Shown: positions 1-10,254 of the stretch, piece by piece
Layout: each line of letters starts with the position of its first letter
Numbering within the stretch: the stretch's first letter is position 1
Source: a virus
Taxonomy: Duplodnaviria > Caudoviricetes
Length of the DNA stretch: 62,041 bases
IMG/VR virus record: IMGVR_UViG_3300032270_000816
Coordinates: 1 to 62,041 of that record
Reading direction: 5' to 3' (one strand)
Notes under the pieces: generated by a model
Databases searched by the model: none
Seen by the model: only the letters and a program-made list of their open reading frames with translations
What the model was told of the DNA's origin: nothing
Position numbers and translations under genes: made by a program

Positions 1-1
1 A

Positions 2-139
2 GATCATAATATTGTTGTTAATGTTTATAATGTTACAAGAGATAAGTTTAGTTATAGGATAAATAGAGGAGATGCTTTACCAGTATCTGCTTTAAGCGGT
101 CACTGTTATTTAAATTGGCAAGCAATAGGTCCAAAATAA
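2..139 (+). CDS. 3' end of a tail-associated protein (partial, runs off the left edge)
   Basis: Open frame ending ...CYLNWQAIGPK*. A terminal W-x-A-I-G is typical of tail-fibre C-terminal domains, and it precedes tail genes. Confidence 0.5.
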   Translation, partial: DHNIVVNVYNVTRDKFSYRINRGDALPVSALSGHCYLNWQAIGPK

Positions 140-152
140 TTAAGGCGCTACA

Positions 153-3100
153 GTGAAATCAAAATATCAAAGTAGCAAATCTGTTGCAAAGAATCCAACA
201 GTCCCAATCAGTGCAGATGATCCAAGAGTTGCTTGGGATAAAATAAATCAAACAAAATCACGTCAAGGTGCAGAAATTGATATTGTTGGTCTTGATGGAA
301 AATCTTTAGTTGCTGGCGGAACAACTCCAGGAAATCAATCAGGATCAAATGTAAGTAAGAGTAAAGATAATACAAAAGATACATACCTTCCACCAATTAA
401 CGGAATGCCAGAATCTATTTATCCTGGACAAGGCCCAGTAGTAATTATTCCAACAGATCCAACTAATGTAACCGCTAGTTGGGTTGGAGAAGATTTAGTT
501 GTACAGTTTAATTGGGACTACAACAACAAACTTAATAGCACAGTTTCTCAATTTATTCTTGAATTAACGGCAGATGGCATTACAAAACGTACAGCTCTTA
601 ATACATTCCCTGCAAATAAAACACAAACTGCACAATCAATAACACTAACCAAAGCACTTAATGTTCAAACCTTTGGAATTTTAAGAACAACAATTACAAG
701 CGTTTGTGTTCTTGTTGCTGACCCATTAAACAATATTAGTGATACTATTTGTGCAGCAACAGCCCCAACATACACTTTAGATTTGAGTGCTCCAACAATT
801 ACGGTAACTGCCATTAATAGTGGGTATAGTGTTGCATATACAACTCCTACACAAAGCTCATATAATTCAATTGAAATTGTTGAGTATGAATCATCAAGCT
901 CAACTGCACCAACAGGGGTAACATACTTAAGAACATATCTAGGAACAATTAATCCAGCAAACATCATTGTTCATAATTTTAATAAGCGCTGGGTAAAAGC
1001 AAGATTTACTTCAGATAGCGGATTGACAACTGCATACTCTACAGCATATGCGGTAACCCCAACAAGCTCTGTGGCTATTGATAACACCGCACCAAATGAA
1101 GTCACAGCAGTTACGGGTTCATGGTCAACTGATGACATTTCAATAGCCTATACACTTCCATCAACAGATCCAGCAGTTAGAATTCAAATACAACTAACTG
1201 CACCCAATAATTTAGTTGGATATTTTTATCGTTTTCCAACTGGAGGCGGAACAAGTCAAACAACACTTATAACTAAAAAAGATTTATTTGATCAGTTTGG
1301 AGCCCATTATAGTTCATTCTCAGGACTGCTAAAAAGTATTGATGCAAATGATAATAGAAGCTCTGGTGTGTCGTTTACTGTTGCAGCAAGAACAAATCCA
1401 CTTACAGGAATAACGCCAACTTTTACAACCGTGCCTTTATCAAATGCTTATTCAGTTAATTTTACATTACCAACAGGAGCAGTTTTTGCAGAAGTTTATG
1501 CTAAACATACATCCTGGTCTGGTAATCCAACAGACGATACTTATGTTGTTTACTCAGGATTAAGTCCTGCAGTAATTACAGATACAGACTATACAACTGT
1601 TTACATTAAGATTCGCTACTATGATGACTTTGATAATACTTCAAGCTATTCTGCAGAAGGAACTGTAACTCCTATTGATCCAGGCGCAATTACTTCAATT
1701 GAAAACCCAATTAGCTTTGGAGCAAATGCTGTAATCTATGCTGGAGGTAGTGCAACATCAGGCAAAAGAACAGTATTTAAAACAGACGGAATATTTGCAT
1801 ACGATGCAACAGATACATCTCCATCAACACAAATTGTGGCAGACGCTTCAGCAGGATCACCAACTTTTATTACAACACAAGCACAAATCGCTGACTGGAA
1901 CATAACAGATACAAAAATTGAAAACACATTATCTGGAGTTCCAACTAAATATACTGGATTATCTGCAACTGGAACATATTCTTTTTGGGCAGGTAGCGCA
2001 ACTACAGGGGGAGACGCATCTGCAAAATTTACAGTAACTCCGACTGGAGAAGTAACAGCAAGAGAAATAACAATTATTGGAAATGGCAGTGGAGCTAGCA
2101 ACCTTATTAGTGCTGGAGGATTATTTGCAGTTAAAAATGATGGAACACTAACAGCAACGGGAGCAACACTTACAGGAACATTATACGCAACTGGTGGAGA
2201 ATTTACTGGAAATGTTAAACTAAATGGTGGAGCATTATATGCACTCGGTGCAGGAGGATCAACAAGTACTGGAATAAGAACCATCTTTAACTCTTCAGGA
2301 GTAGCAGCATATAACGCTTCAGGTGGCTATGCAGCCATGCTAACGGCTCCATTGGCTAATGGGGCTGTATTTACTACAACAGCTGCTGATATAGGCGGTT
2401 GGACCGTTGACACAAATAGAATTTACAAAACTTCAATTTCTGGTAAAGGTAATATAGAGATTGACTCAACAAATGGATATATTGCAGTATCTCACTCTTC
2501 TGTCTCAGACTCAAAAGCTGGAATTAATAGTCCAACAAACTCATTGACAGATAACGTATTTTGGGCAGGTACTTATGGACCAACCTCCACATCAAACCCA
2601 TTTAGAGTAACATTAGGTGGAGCACTATATGCAACTAATGCAACTATAACTGGAACAGTATCAAGCGTTGGCGCATTAGGAACAATGAGTATGAATGGTG
2701 AACATGGCTACATGTCTCTATCTACTGCAGGAAATAACAATATTTCTTATTTGGTTCCACGAAATGGAAACATTTATTTAACAGCCCCAAGCACAACAGC
2801 TCCTTGGTCAACTGGAAAAGAAATTGCATCATCTGGTCCAACAAATGCTCCCTATCTTTCTGCTGGAGCAGGGTTTAAAGATAGATATAATGCAACTGTT
2901 AGTGGCGTGGGTATTTATACTGGAACTTATACTGGATCAGGAACAAAACCTTTCTTGTCTGCAACAACAACAGGAATTCAGATTAAAGCATCTGAAAGTG
3001 TTGCAATTAGTTTAGAGCCAACTACAGGAACTAATCCAGGAATTATTATTACTTCAGGGCCAGATGGTACAGAAGGTGCAATTACAGTAAACAATAATCT

Positions 3101-3452
3101 TATTACTTTACAGGCATCAAGTTATTCAGATGGAACAGACTCTCCATATGATGCTGCATCTACAATTGTTCTATCTGGAAGCGGTGTACAAATCTATGGA
3201 CTTAATGCTCAAGGTGATGCAGACATTGTATATAGAAAAAATGCATCAACTAACTATAGAGAAGGTTCTGCAGGGCAAGACTTATCACCTTTAGGTCCGT
3301 ATGGAAGACAAAGAACAATTATTCAAAGCGAATATACTGGAGAACTTTTAAGAGGTATGGCAGTTTATTATGGAAGAACTACTGATCCTATCGGAACTGG
3401 AACACCAACCGTAAATACAGGTGTTATTGGGGATTTATTTGTGGTGTACTAA
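153..3452 (+). CDS. Large tail fibre / minor tail protein
   Basis: 1099 aa, Thr/Ser/Gly-rich. FN3/Ig-like beta repeats N-terminally, a duplicated module (TTQAQIADWNI...FWAG...FTVT / TTAADIGGWTV...FWAG...FRVT) and a C-terminal GDLFVVY. Confidence 0.75.
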   Translation: MKSKYQSSKSVAKNPTVPISADDPRVAWDKINQTKSRQGAEIDIVGLDGKSLVAGGTTPGNQSGSNVSKSKDNTKDTYLPPINGMPESIYPGQGPVVIIPTDPTNVTASWVGEDLVVQFNWDYNNKLNSTVSQFILELTADGITKRTALNTFPANKTQTAQSITLTKALNVQTFGILRTTITSVCVLVADPLNNISDTICAATAPTYTLDLSAPTITVTAINSGYSVAYTTPTQSSYNSIEIVEYESSSSTAPTGVTYLRTYLGTINPANIIVHNFNKRWVKARFTSDSGLTTAYSTAYAVTPTSSVAIDNTAPNEVTAVTGSWSTDDISIAYTLPSTDPAVRIQIQLTAPNNLVGYFYRFPTGGGTSQTTLITKKDLFDQFGAHYSSFSGLLKSIDANDNRSSGVSFTVAARTNPLTGITPTFTTVPLSNAYSVNFTLPTGAVFAEVYAKHTSWSGNPTDDTYVVYSGLSPAVITDTDYTTVYIKIRYYDDFDNTSSYSAEGTVTPIDPGAITSIENPISFGANAVIYAGGSATSGKRTVFKTDGIFAYDATDTSPSTQIVADASAGSPTFITTQAQIADWNITDTKIENTLSGVPTKYTGLSATGTYSFWAGSATTGGDASAKFTVTPTGEVTAREITIIGNGSGASNLISAGGLFAVKNDGTLTATGATLTGTLYATGGEFTGNVKLNGGALYALGAGGSTSTGIRTIFNSSGVAAYNASGGYAAMLTAPLANGAVFTTTAADIGGWTVDTNRIYKTSISGKGNIEIDSTNGYIAVSHSSVSDSKAGINSPTNSLTDNVFWAGTYGPTSTSNPFRVTLGGALYATNATITGTVSSVGALGTMSMNGEHGYMSLSTAGNNNISYLVPRNGNIYLTAPSTTAPWSTGKEIASSGPTNAPYLSAGAGFKDRYNATVSGVGIYTGTYTGSGTKPFLSATTTGIQIKASESVAISLEPTTGTNPGIIITSGPDGTEGAITVNNNLITLQASSYSDGTDSPYDAASTIVLSGSGVQIYGLNAQGDADIVYRKNASTNYREGSAGQDLSPLGPYGRQRTIIQSEYTGELLRGMAVYYGRTTDPIGTGTPTVNTGVIGDLFVVY

Positions 3453-5519
3453 ATGGGGTATTTTGTAAAGGGAGCAAGTGGTTCTTGGAGTAAGGTTTCC
3501 AAGTTTTTTATTAAGGGCAGTGATGATTCTTGGCACCCAGTAACAAAAGCATTTGTAAAGGGAAGTTCTGGATGGAGAGCTTTTTGGCCAAAAGCTGGGG
3601 GTTCAGGACCAACCATTAACACATTGCCAACCATCAGTGCAAGCTCTTGGGCAACAGTTTCTGGTGCTGAAAGACTTATATTAACTGGAACAAATGGCTC
3701 TTGGACTTACTCTGGTGGTGGAACAATTAGTCAAACTTATATTTTTCAATTATCAACTGATGGAGTAGAATGGACTGACATTGGATCTTCTGCATCTATA
3801 TTAAATAGTCAAACTAAAACATTAACCATTTATCAATCAGATTTTTCAACTACAACACAATATTATAGATTTTCTGTTACGGCAACAGCAAATGTTGATG
3901 GTGAATATACAACAGAAACTAGTGATGGAGTAGCAGTTAGCATCGGAGCTCCTTCAGATTTAACTGGCGCTTTTGTTAGCGCTATATCCTCTGGAACTGG
4001 ACAACGGTCTCCAGACGTAGGGTCTCATTCTTCTTCAGCAACCGCAGGAAGTTTTACTTTAGCTTGGTCAAACCTTACAAATGTTTCTTCTATTATAATT
4101 TCTTGGCTGCTTGAAGCAAATGGTAATACATTAAATTATACAACTTCTCCAACATCACCGCAAACTTATACAAGTGCTGGATCAGTTACTGCAGACATAG
4201 ATTATTCAAGTACTGTTTATGTAACTGGTCATGCCAGTGTTTATGGTTATGCTGGCACTGGCGGGTCATTTTCTGCTGGATGGAATGCTTCAACAAATGC
4301 AAATCGGTATAATATTAGTTATTCTGTTAATGGTGGATCAACTCAAAGTACAACAACTACAGGAACTTCTATATCTTTAGGATCAGGAAATTCTGGGGAC
4401 TCAATAAGCGTAACAATTACACCATACAACACAACAACTGGCTTATCTGGAGGATCTCAAACTGTATCTGGAACAATACCATCACAAACAGTTCCTTCTT
4501 ATTCTTTTGATTTTGATACAGTAGGAGTTACTCCAATTAGTTATCTTCGTCCATATACAAATGGTACTAAGGAAGAAATTACAAACTCTGGAGGAACATT
4601 AACAGCATCTGCAGGCTCATGGGGAAACTCTCCAACTCAGTATCGCTATATATGGGAGCTAACAAGAGGGGGTGCTCGTGTAAGTGGAGTAACACATACA
4701 ACATCTTCAACAACTGATACCTGGGCACCAAGTTATAGTGCAGGAGATATAGCTACATGCAATATTACTGCTTCCAATTCCTATGGATTTTCAGCTACAT
4801 CATATGCTGATGACTATGAATATACTCCACCGTCTGTTCCTATTCTTAATGCAACTCTTAGCGGTACAGGTGCATCAGGAACAGCAATTACCTTAACTGC
4901 TACCGAACAGTTTGGAAATCCTGTAACTACGTACGATCTTTCTATTTATGCTGGAACAACAATGGGAACTTATACTGTTTTAAAGGCAATAAGCTCAACC
5001 TCATCAAATACTCTTTCTTATACAGTTACAGTAAATGATGCAACTCCACCACCATATATTTTTATTGGTTATGCAACAGGAACTAATGGAAATGGTTCAG
5101 GAGGTCAGTATTCATCAAATACCATAACTTCTTCTCTTACGGCTACCCCACCAACATTCCAATCTACCCCACCAACATTCCAATCTCCTTACTTCCCTTA
5201 CTTTGTACCTCCAACATTTACATCAAATCCAAATCCATGCCCAGGAACAATTACAAACCCAACATCTGCAACATGTGCAGAGCTTGGACTCACACGCCTT
5301 GGGGGATCTGACATATATACTGATGTTCCAAGCGGATGGTCTTGCTGTGGAGCAGCAGTTGGTCCATTCTTCCCATTCTTCCCACCTTATTTCCCTTACT
5401 TTGTACCTCCTTACTTCCCTTACTTTGTACCTCCTTACTTCCCTTACTTTGTACCTCCAGACTTTACTGTTACACCTCCTTACTTTGTACCTCCTTACTT
5501 CACAGATCCAAGAAAGTAA
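3453..5519 (+). CDS. Tail fibre/adhesin-like protein with Ig-like domains and Pro/aromatic-rich C-terminal repeats
   Basis: N-terminal YFVKGASGSW...W..V.KAFVK...W fibre-attachment motif, Ser/Thr-rich Ig-like repeats (GSWGNSPTQYRYIW) and C-terminal PPYFPYFV repeats. Confidence 0.7.
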   Translation: MGYFVKGASGSWSKVSKFFIKGSDDSWHPVTKAFVKGSSGWRAFWPKAGGSGPTINTLPTISASSWATVSGAERLILTGTNGSWTYSGGGTISQTYIFQLSTDGVEWTDIGSSASILNSQTKTLTIYQSDFSTTTQYYRFSVTATANVDGEYTTETSDGVAVSIGAPSDLTGAFVSAISSGTGQRSPDVGSHSSSATAGSFTLAWSNLTNVSSIIISWLLEANGNTLNYTTSPTSPQTYTSAGSVTADIDYSSTVYVTGHASVYGYAGTGGSFSAGWNASTNANRYNISYSVNGGSTQSTTTTGTSISLGSGNSGDSISVTITPYNTTTGLSGGSQTVSGTIPSQTVPSYSFDFDTVGVTPISYLRPYTNGTKEEITNSGGTLTASAGSWGNSPTQYRYIWELTRGGARVSGVTHTTSSTTDTWAPSYSAGDIATCNITASNSYGFSATSYADDYEYTPPSVPILNATLSGTGASGTAITLTATEQFGNPVTTYDLSIYAGTTMGTYTVLKAISSTSSNTLSYTVTVNDATPPPYIFIGYATGTNGNGSGGQYSSNTITSSLTATPPTFQSTPPTFQSPYFPYFVPPTFTSNPNPCPGTITNPTSATCAELGLTRLGGSDIYTDVPSGWSCCGAAVGPFFPFFPPYFPYFVPPYFPYFVPPYFPYFVPPDFTVTPPYFVPPYFTDPRK
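5382..5501 (+). repeat. 24-bp coding tandem repeat (CCTCCTTACTTCCCTTACTTTGTA = PPYFPYFV), 3 full copies plus partial copies
   Basis: Units at 5382-5405, 5406-5429 and 5430-5453, with partial units to 5501. A related copy lies near 5187-5213, and a 21-bp TPPTFQS duplication at about 5146-5186. Confidence 0.9.
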
Positions 5520-5569
5520 TACAAATTGTTTTATGATAGAATATATAGAGCAGCATTAAGGGGTAATTT

Positions 5570-5773
5570 ATGGAAAATAATAGTGTAAAGCCATGGGATA
5601 TATTAAACCCTAATACTCAGTATGCCACACAAGAAGTTTCAGAAAAAAGATATAACATATGTGAGTCTTGCCCAGAGTTTATTAGTTTAAGTAAACAGTG
5701 CAAGAAATGTGGTTGTTTTATGTTTATTAAAACAAAGTTAAATAATGCACAATGTCCTATAGGTAAGTGGTAA
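5570..5773 (+). CDS. Small Cys-rich protein
   Basis: CESC...CKKCGC...CPIGKW motif, with a GGGG SD upstream. Confidence 0.7.
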   Translation: MENNSVKPWDILNPNTQYATQEVSEKRYNICESCPEFISLSKQCKKCGCFMFIKTKLNNAQCPIGKW

Positions 5774-5800
5774 TCATGATATACTTAATAAGGAGAACCT

Positions 5801-6031
5801 ATGGCATATGAGTTAACAAATGAAGAAAAAATATCAATTATTAATCAGCATTTAAAAAATTTAGAGTATAGCAAATATAACCTAAGAATTTCTTTATTGG
5901 AGATGGGGTCAGGAAACGTGACAAAGCCAAACAATATAAAGGATGTTGAGGGTGAAATAGAATCTATAAATGATAAACAAAATGTACTTAATAAAGAGAT
6001 TGATCTTTTGACTGGAGAATATAATGGATAA
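5801..6031 (+). CDS. Hypothetical coiled-coil protein (possible tail chaperone)
   Basis: AAGGAG SD, TGATATACT extended -10 upstream and a heptad pattern. Confidence 0.6.
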   Translation: MAYELTNEEKISIINQHLKNLEYSKYNLRISLLEMGSGNVTKPNNIKDVEGEIESINDKQNVLNKEIDLLTGEYNG

Positions 6032-6197
6032 AGCAGAATTAGTAATAACAGCGTTGCAGCAGAGAATAGGCGAAATTGTTTCTAACTATGAAACTCAAAT
6101 TGCTATTCTTAGAGCAGATCTTACTCAGCTATCACAAGAAAAAGAAGAAAAAGAAAAAGCAATAGCAGAATACTCTGAAACAATTAAAAAGAAATAA
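6024..6197 (+). CDS. Hypothetical coiled-coil protein, 57 aa (not in ORF track)
   Basis: GGAG SD. Reads MDKAELVITALQQRIGEIVSNYETQIAILRADL...KKK*. Confidence 0.65.
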   Translation: MDKAELVITALQQRIGEIVSNYETQIAILRADLTQLSQEKEEKEKAIAEYSETIKKK

Positions 6198-6213
6198 ATA
6201 GAGATTTTAAATA

Positions 6214-6405
6214 ATGTTAACTTGCAAACGATGCACTGGTAGGATTTTTATTGATAGACAGTATACTTCTCAAATGCATATTGAAACCTACTGTGTACGT
6301 TGTGGGGAGAGAAAGTTTTACCATCCTCCGCAAGAAAGTAGGGAGGGCAGATGGCTACTGCTAAACGAAAAATACAGAGCGAAGAATACAATAACGAGTC
6401 TGTAA
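6214..6405 (+). CDS. Small zinc-ribbon protein
   Basis: CKRC...CVRC. Confidence 0.55.
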   Translation: MLTCKRCTGRIFIDRQYTSQMHIETYCVRCGERKFYHPPQESREGRWLLLNEKYRAKNTITSL

Positions 6406-6893
6406 TAAAAGGAAATCAAAAGATCTGGTTTCTTAATGGTGATTTAGTTAGAATACATCACAACTCTAGATCAACTGGAATGACTTCTTTTTATAACATC
6501 ACAAGGGATAGACTTGAAACTTGTTTGCGTACTGACTTTAGACGCAATAGAGAAAGAGCCTATACTATAACAGAAACTGCTATTCTTGTCAATAGGCACA
6601 GAAAGTATATACCAAGATTAATTAAAGCAGGAACTATTCCTGGACCAACAGGCTCAAGAAAAGGCGGGGAACCAGGATGGCAAGTAAGAGCATACTATTC
6701 AGAATCACAAGTAAAAGAGATACGTGCTATACTTGCAAGTATACATATTGGTCAACCAAGAAAAGACAAATTAATAACAAATAACATGACTCCTACTACG
6801 CAAGAATTGACAAGGCGTATGGGAGATGGTATTCTTACATATACAAAGACAGAAGATGGAAGATTTATTCCAACTTGGTCAGAGAGCATTTAA
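6351..6893 (+). CDS. MerR-like helix-turn-helix DNA-binding protein
   Basis: YTITETAILVNRHRKYIPRLIKAG...RAYYSESQV matches the MerR/excisionase-type wHTH pattern. GGGAGGG SD. Confidence 0.6.
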   Translation: MATAKRKIQSEEYNNESVIKGNQKIWFLNGDLVRIHHNSRSTGMTSFYNITRDRLETCLRTDFRRNRERAYTITETAILVNRHRKYIPRLIKAGTIPGPTGSRKGGEPGWQVRAYYSESQVKEIRAILASIHIGQPRKDKLITNNMTPTTQELTRRMGDGILTYTKTEDGRFIPTWSESI

Positions 6894-6911
6894 AATAGGA
6901 ATGGGTGGGTA

Positions 6912-7121
6912 ATGGAAAACGATTCAACAAAGGTAAACGTAACACTTGGATATACTCTTAACCTGGGAAATTTCCAGTCACTAAGACTTGATCTTGGCGT
7001 TATTGACAGCAAGCGTGATGGTGAAACAACAGAGCAGGCTTTTGATCGTGTCTATAAGTTTGTAGAAGATAAACTTACAGATAAGATTAAGGAAGCACAA
7101 GAAGAGGCTTCCGAAGGATAA
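6912..7121 (+). CDS. Conserved phage hypothetical protein
   Basis: TLNLGNFQSLRLD motif, common in phage replication modules. Confidence 0.6.
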   Translation: MENDSTKVNVTLGYTLNLGNFQSLRLDLGVIDSKRDGETTEQAFDRVYKFVEDKLTDKIKEAQEEASEG

Positions 7122-7429
7122 TGGCTGACCGCAAAGACCGCATGGCTTTGCTCAGTAGGTTCAACAAATTTTATACACAACGCTTTGAGCGTAAGTCTAA
7201 TATGAACTTAAATGTTGAACAGTGGGCAGCAGATGCTCTCGTAGAGTCATATGGCATTTCCCAATGTTATGATTTATTGGAATATTACTTTAGTGTTGCA
7301 CAAGATCCCACATGGAATTATTTTGCTTACAATGCAGAAAAAATTCTTAATGGTAAACTAGAAGTAGAAGAAGATATTAAACAAAGAGCAGAACTAAGAA
7401 TGAAAGCAAAGGAGTGGCTGAGTGAATAA
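7121..7429 (+). CDS. Hypothetical protein (possible helicase loader)
   Basis: Translationally coupled directly upstream of DnaB. The function is a positional inference. Confidence 0.5.
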   Translation: MADRKDRMALLSRFNKFYTQRFERKSNMNLNVEQWAADALVESYGISQCYDLLEYYFSVAQDPTWNYFAYNAEKILNGKLEVEEDIKQRAELRMKAKEWLSE

Positions 7430-8645
7430 TACAGAGGCAAAAGTAATCTCCGCAGTCCTAGCAGATAAGCAACTTCATGTTTTGCTACAAGCAAATGTAG
7501 AAACATTGCTTCGTACACACAATGACGTATGGAATTTTATTAGACTGTATGCAGAAAATAATGGTACAGTTCCACCAACATCTTTAGTCGTTGAAAAGTT
7601 TAGAGACTTCCAACCAGTTCAGGGCATTGGTGCAACAAAGCATCACCTAGAAGAATTACAAACAGAATACTTAAATGATAGTCTTAAAGATATTCTAAGA
7701 TCAGCAGCAGGTGAAGTTCAAAATGGCCAAGGATCAATGGCACTTGAAGATCTTATTGCAAAGACTTCACAACTTAAAAAGAATACATCCGCAATTCGTG
7801 ATATTGATGCAACAGATATTGATTCTGCCATTGCATACTTTGAACAAGTAAAAGAACAACAGGCATTGGGCCACAGAGGAATTAAAACAGGTTTGCCAGG
7901 GTTTGATAACTATCTTCCATCTGGAATCATGCCAGGTCAGCTAGGAGTCTTTCTAGCATACCCAGGTATAGGAAAGTCATGGATGGCTCTATACTTCGCT
8001 GTACAGGCCTGGAAACAGGGTAAGACACCCCTTATTATCTCCCTTGAGATGAGCGAGACAGAAGTTCGTAACCGTGCATTTACAATTATGGGAGAAGGCC
8101 TTTGGTCTCATCGCAAACTATCAAACGGTGAGATTGAACTTGATATGATGAAGAAGTGGCATACAGATAAAATTGAGGGTCGTCCACCTTTTCACATTAT
8201 TTCTAATGACTCTGGTGGAGAAGTAACCCCTTCAGTTATCCGTGGAAAACTAGATCAGTACAAGCCTGACTTTGTTGTTGTTGATTATCTACAGTTGATG
8301 AATCCAAATCAAAAGGCTGATAATGAAACGGTAAAGATGAAGAACCTTTCACGAGAACTTAAACTAATGGCTATTAGTGAAGAAGTCCCTATCATTGCTA
8401 TCTCATCTGCTACTCCAGATGACGTTAAAGATCTTTCTACAGTTCCTACGCTTGCACAAACCGCATGGTCAAGACAGATTGCATATGATGCTGACTGGGT
8501 ACTAGCCATGGGTCGTGCAACGAATAGTGATATTATTGAATGTGCATTTAGAAAGAATAGAAATGGTTTTATGGGTGACTTCTTAGTTCAGTGTGACTTT
8601 GATAAAGGTTACTACAGATATAAGGATTTTGAAGATGGCAAGTAA
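7422..8645 (+). CDS. dnaB: DnaB-like replicative helicase
   Basis: Walker A AYPGIGKS, SLEM, VVVDYLQLM, LKLMA, DAD and KNRNG motifs. Confidence 0.93.
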   Translation: MNNTEAKVISAVLADKQLHVLLQANVETLLRTHNDVWNFIRLYAENNGTVPPTSLVVEKFRDFQPVQGIGATKHHLEELQTEYLNDSLKDILRSAAGEVQNGQGSMALEDLIAKTSQLKKNTSAIRDIDATDIDSAIAYFEQVKEQQALGHRGIKTGLPGFDNYLPSGIMPGQLGVFLAYPGIGKSWMALYFAVQAWKQGKTPLIISLEMSETEVRNRAFTIMGEGLWSHRKLSNGEIELDMMKKWHTDKIEGRPPFHIISNDSGGEVTPSVIRGKLDQYKPDFVVVDYLQLMNPNQKADNETVKMKNLSRELKLMAISEEVPIIAISSATPDDVKDLSTVPTLAQTAWSRQIAYDADWVLAMGRATNSDIIECAFRKNRNGFMGDFLVQCDFDKGYYRYKDFEDGK

Positions 8646-9561
8646 AGATATATATACAGAGGATCAGATTCGTCGTGTTCTTAACGGAGCAGGTATTGAT
8701 ATTGAGGCAGAGTTTGGTTCCGACTTTATTATCTTTTGTCCTTATCACAATAACAACAGAACACCTGCTGGAGAAGTATCTAAAGAGTCGGGGTTATTCT
8801 TTTGTTTTGGCTGTCAAGTGACCAAGAACCTAACTGAACTAATTATGTTTATGTCAAACAGAACATACTTTGAGGCAGTTCGCTACATCAAAAGCAAAGA
8901 GCAAGAGTCAAACCTTTCTTCTATAATTGATAAAGCCCTCTACGCTCCTGCAGACTTTGTTCAGTATGATGAACTACTAATTAAAAGACTTAACAACCAA
9001 GCTATTGAATCACCAAGAGCAATGAGATATTTTGAAGGTCGCAGCATCACAAAAGAATCTGTGATAAAATTTAATCTAGGGTTTTCAGAAAAGCAAGACT
9101 CAGTAACTATACCTATGGCAACTCCTGATGGAATGTGTATTGGTTTTGTTGCTAGAACTATTGAGGGTAAAGACTTTAAAAATACCCCAGGTCTACCAAA
9201 GAGTAAGATTTTGTTTAACTTACACAGAGTTAAAACATCAACAACGGTCTATGTAGTTGAATCATCATTTGATGCTATTAGGCTTGATCAAGTAGGTTTC
9301 CCAGCAGTTGCAACACTGGGGGCTAATGTTTCTGCATCGCAGATTAAACTATTAGCAAAGTACTTCAATAATGTTGTGCTTGTTGCAGACAACGATGAGG
9401 CTGGCTCTATCATGAAAGATAAACTAGTTGAGAAACTAGGTCACCTTATTACAGTAATACAGTTAGATAAAAAATACAAAGACATAGGCGATATGGATGA
9501 TGAGGCAATTAAAAAGTTGGAGTTCCAATTTGACAATTCAATCATCGCCATGCTAAAATAA
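8635..9561 (+). CDS. dnaG: DNA primase (CHC2 zinc finger + TOPRIM); start moved to ATG 8635
   Basis: CPYH...CFGC zinc finger, VVESSFDA and ADNDEAG TOPRIM motifs. Confidence 0.9.
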   Translation: MASKDIYTEDQIRRVLNGAGIDIEAEFGSDFIIFCPYHNNNRTPAGEVSKESGLFFCFGCQVTKNLTELIMFMSNRTYFEAVRYIKSKEQESNLSSIIDKALYAPADFVQYDELLIKRLNNQAIESPRAMRYFEGRSITKESVIKFNLGFSEKQDSVTIPMATPDGMCIGFVARTIEGKDFKNTPGLPKSKILFNLHRVKTSTTVYVVESSFDAIRLDQVGFPAVATLGANVSASQIKLLAKYFNNVVLVADNDEAGSIMKDKLVEKLGHLITVIQLDKKYKDIGDMDDEAIKKLEFQFDNSIIAMLK

Positions 9562-9592
9562 AAACATAACAAACATATAGGAGAAAAATAAA

Positions 9593-10246
9593 ATGGCTAT
9601 TGTAAAGGGACTAAAAAATATCAACGCATTGGTAGACAAGCCCAAGTATGAAGGCACAGGCACAAAGGTTCGTTGGCTCAAGTTGGCTGATGGACAATCA
9701 GTAAAGATCCGCTTCATTGAAGAGCTTGATGAAGATTCAGCAAATTATAATGAGGCTCGTGGTCTTGCACTCGTTGTTTCAGAACACACAAACCCAAAGG
9801 ACTATAAGCGTAAGGCTGTAGATACAATGGACACAGAAGGTCGTGACTGGGCAGAAGAGATGCACCGCAAGGATATGAAGGCAGGCTGGAGAGCACGTCT
9901 TCGCTTCTACTGCAACGTACTTGTAGATGACGGCATTGAAGCGCCATATGTGGCTATTTGGTCAATGGGTGTTAGCAAGCAATCTGCATTTAATACTATT
10001 CGTGAATACGCACTGGAGACAGGCAGTATTTCAAATCTTACTTGGAAGGTGAAGCGTAATGGTCAGGGAACTGAAACATCATACACACTTATTCCAGGTG
10101 GTCCAGATAAGGAACCATTTGAATGGGCAGAAGTTGAACCCTTCCCACTAGAGAAGGCACTCAACAAGATTCCTTATGCTGAACAGGAAGCCTTTTATCT
10201 AGGCTTTGATACACCAGGTACTGCATCCACAAACATGGACTGGTAA
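9593..10246 (+). CDS. Single-stranded DNA-binding protein (gp32-like)
   Basis: WLKLADGQSVKIRF...KVKRNGQGTETSY, an acidic/aromatic tail (NMDW) and a position between primase and polymerase. Confidence 0.7.
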   Translation: MAIVKGLKNINALVDKPKYEGTGTKVRWLKLADGQSVKIRFIEELDEDSANYNEARGLALVVSEHTNPKDYKRKAVDTMDTEGRDWAEEMHRKDMKAGWRARLRFYCNVLVDDGIEAPYVAIWSMGVSKQSAFNTIREYALETGSISNLTWKVKRNGQGTETSYTLIPGGPDKEPFEWAEVEPFPLEKALNKIPYAEQEAFYLGFDTPGTASTNMDW

Positions 10247-10254
10247 TACACTAG

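Noticed and set aside
5146-5519. Diversity-generating retroelement target in the fibre tip
   Set aside because: No reverse transcriptase and no TR/VR pair with adenine-specific mismatches in the window. These are simple tandem repeats.
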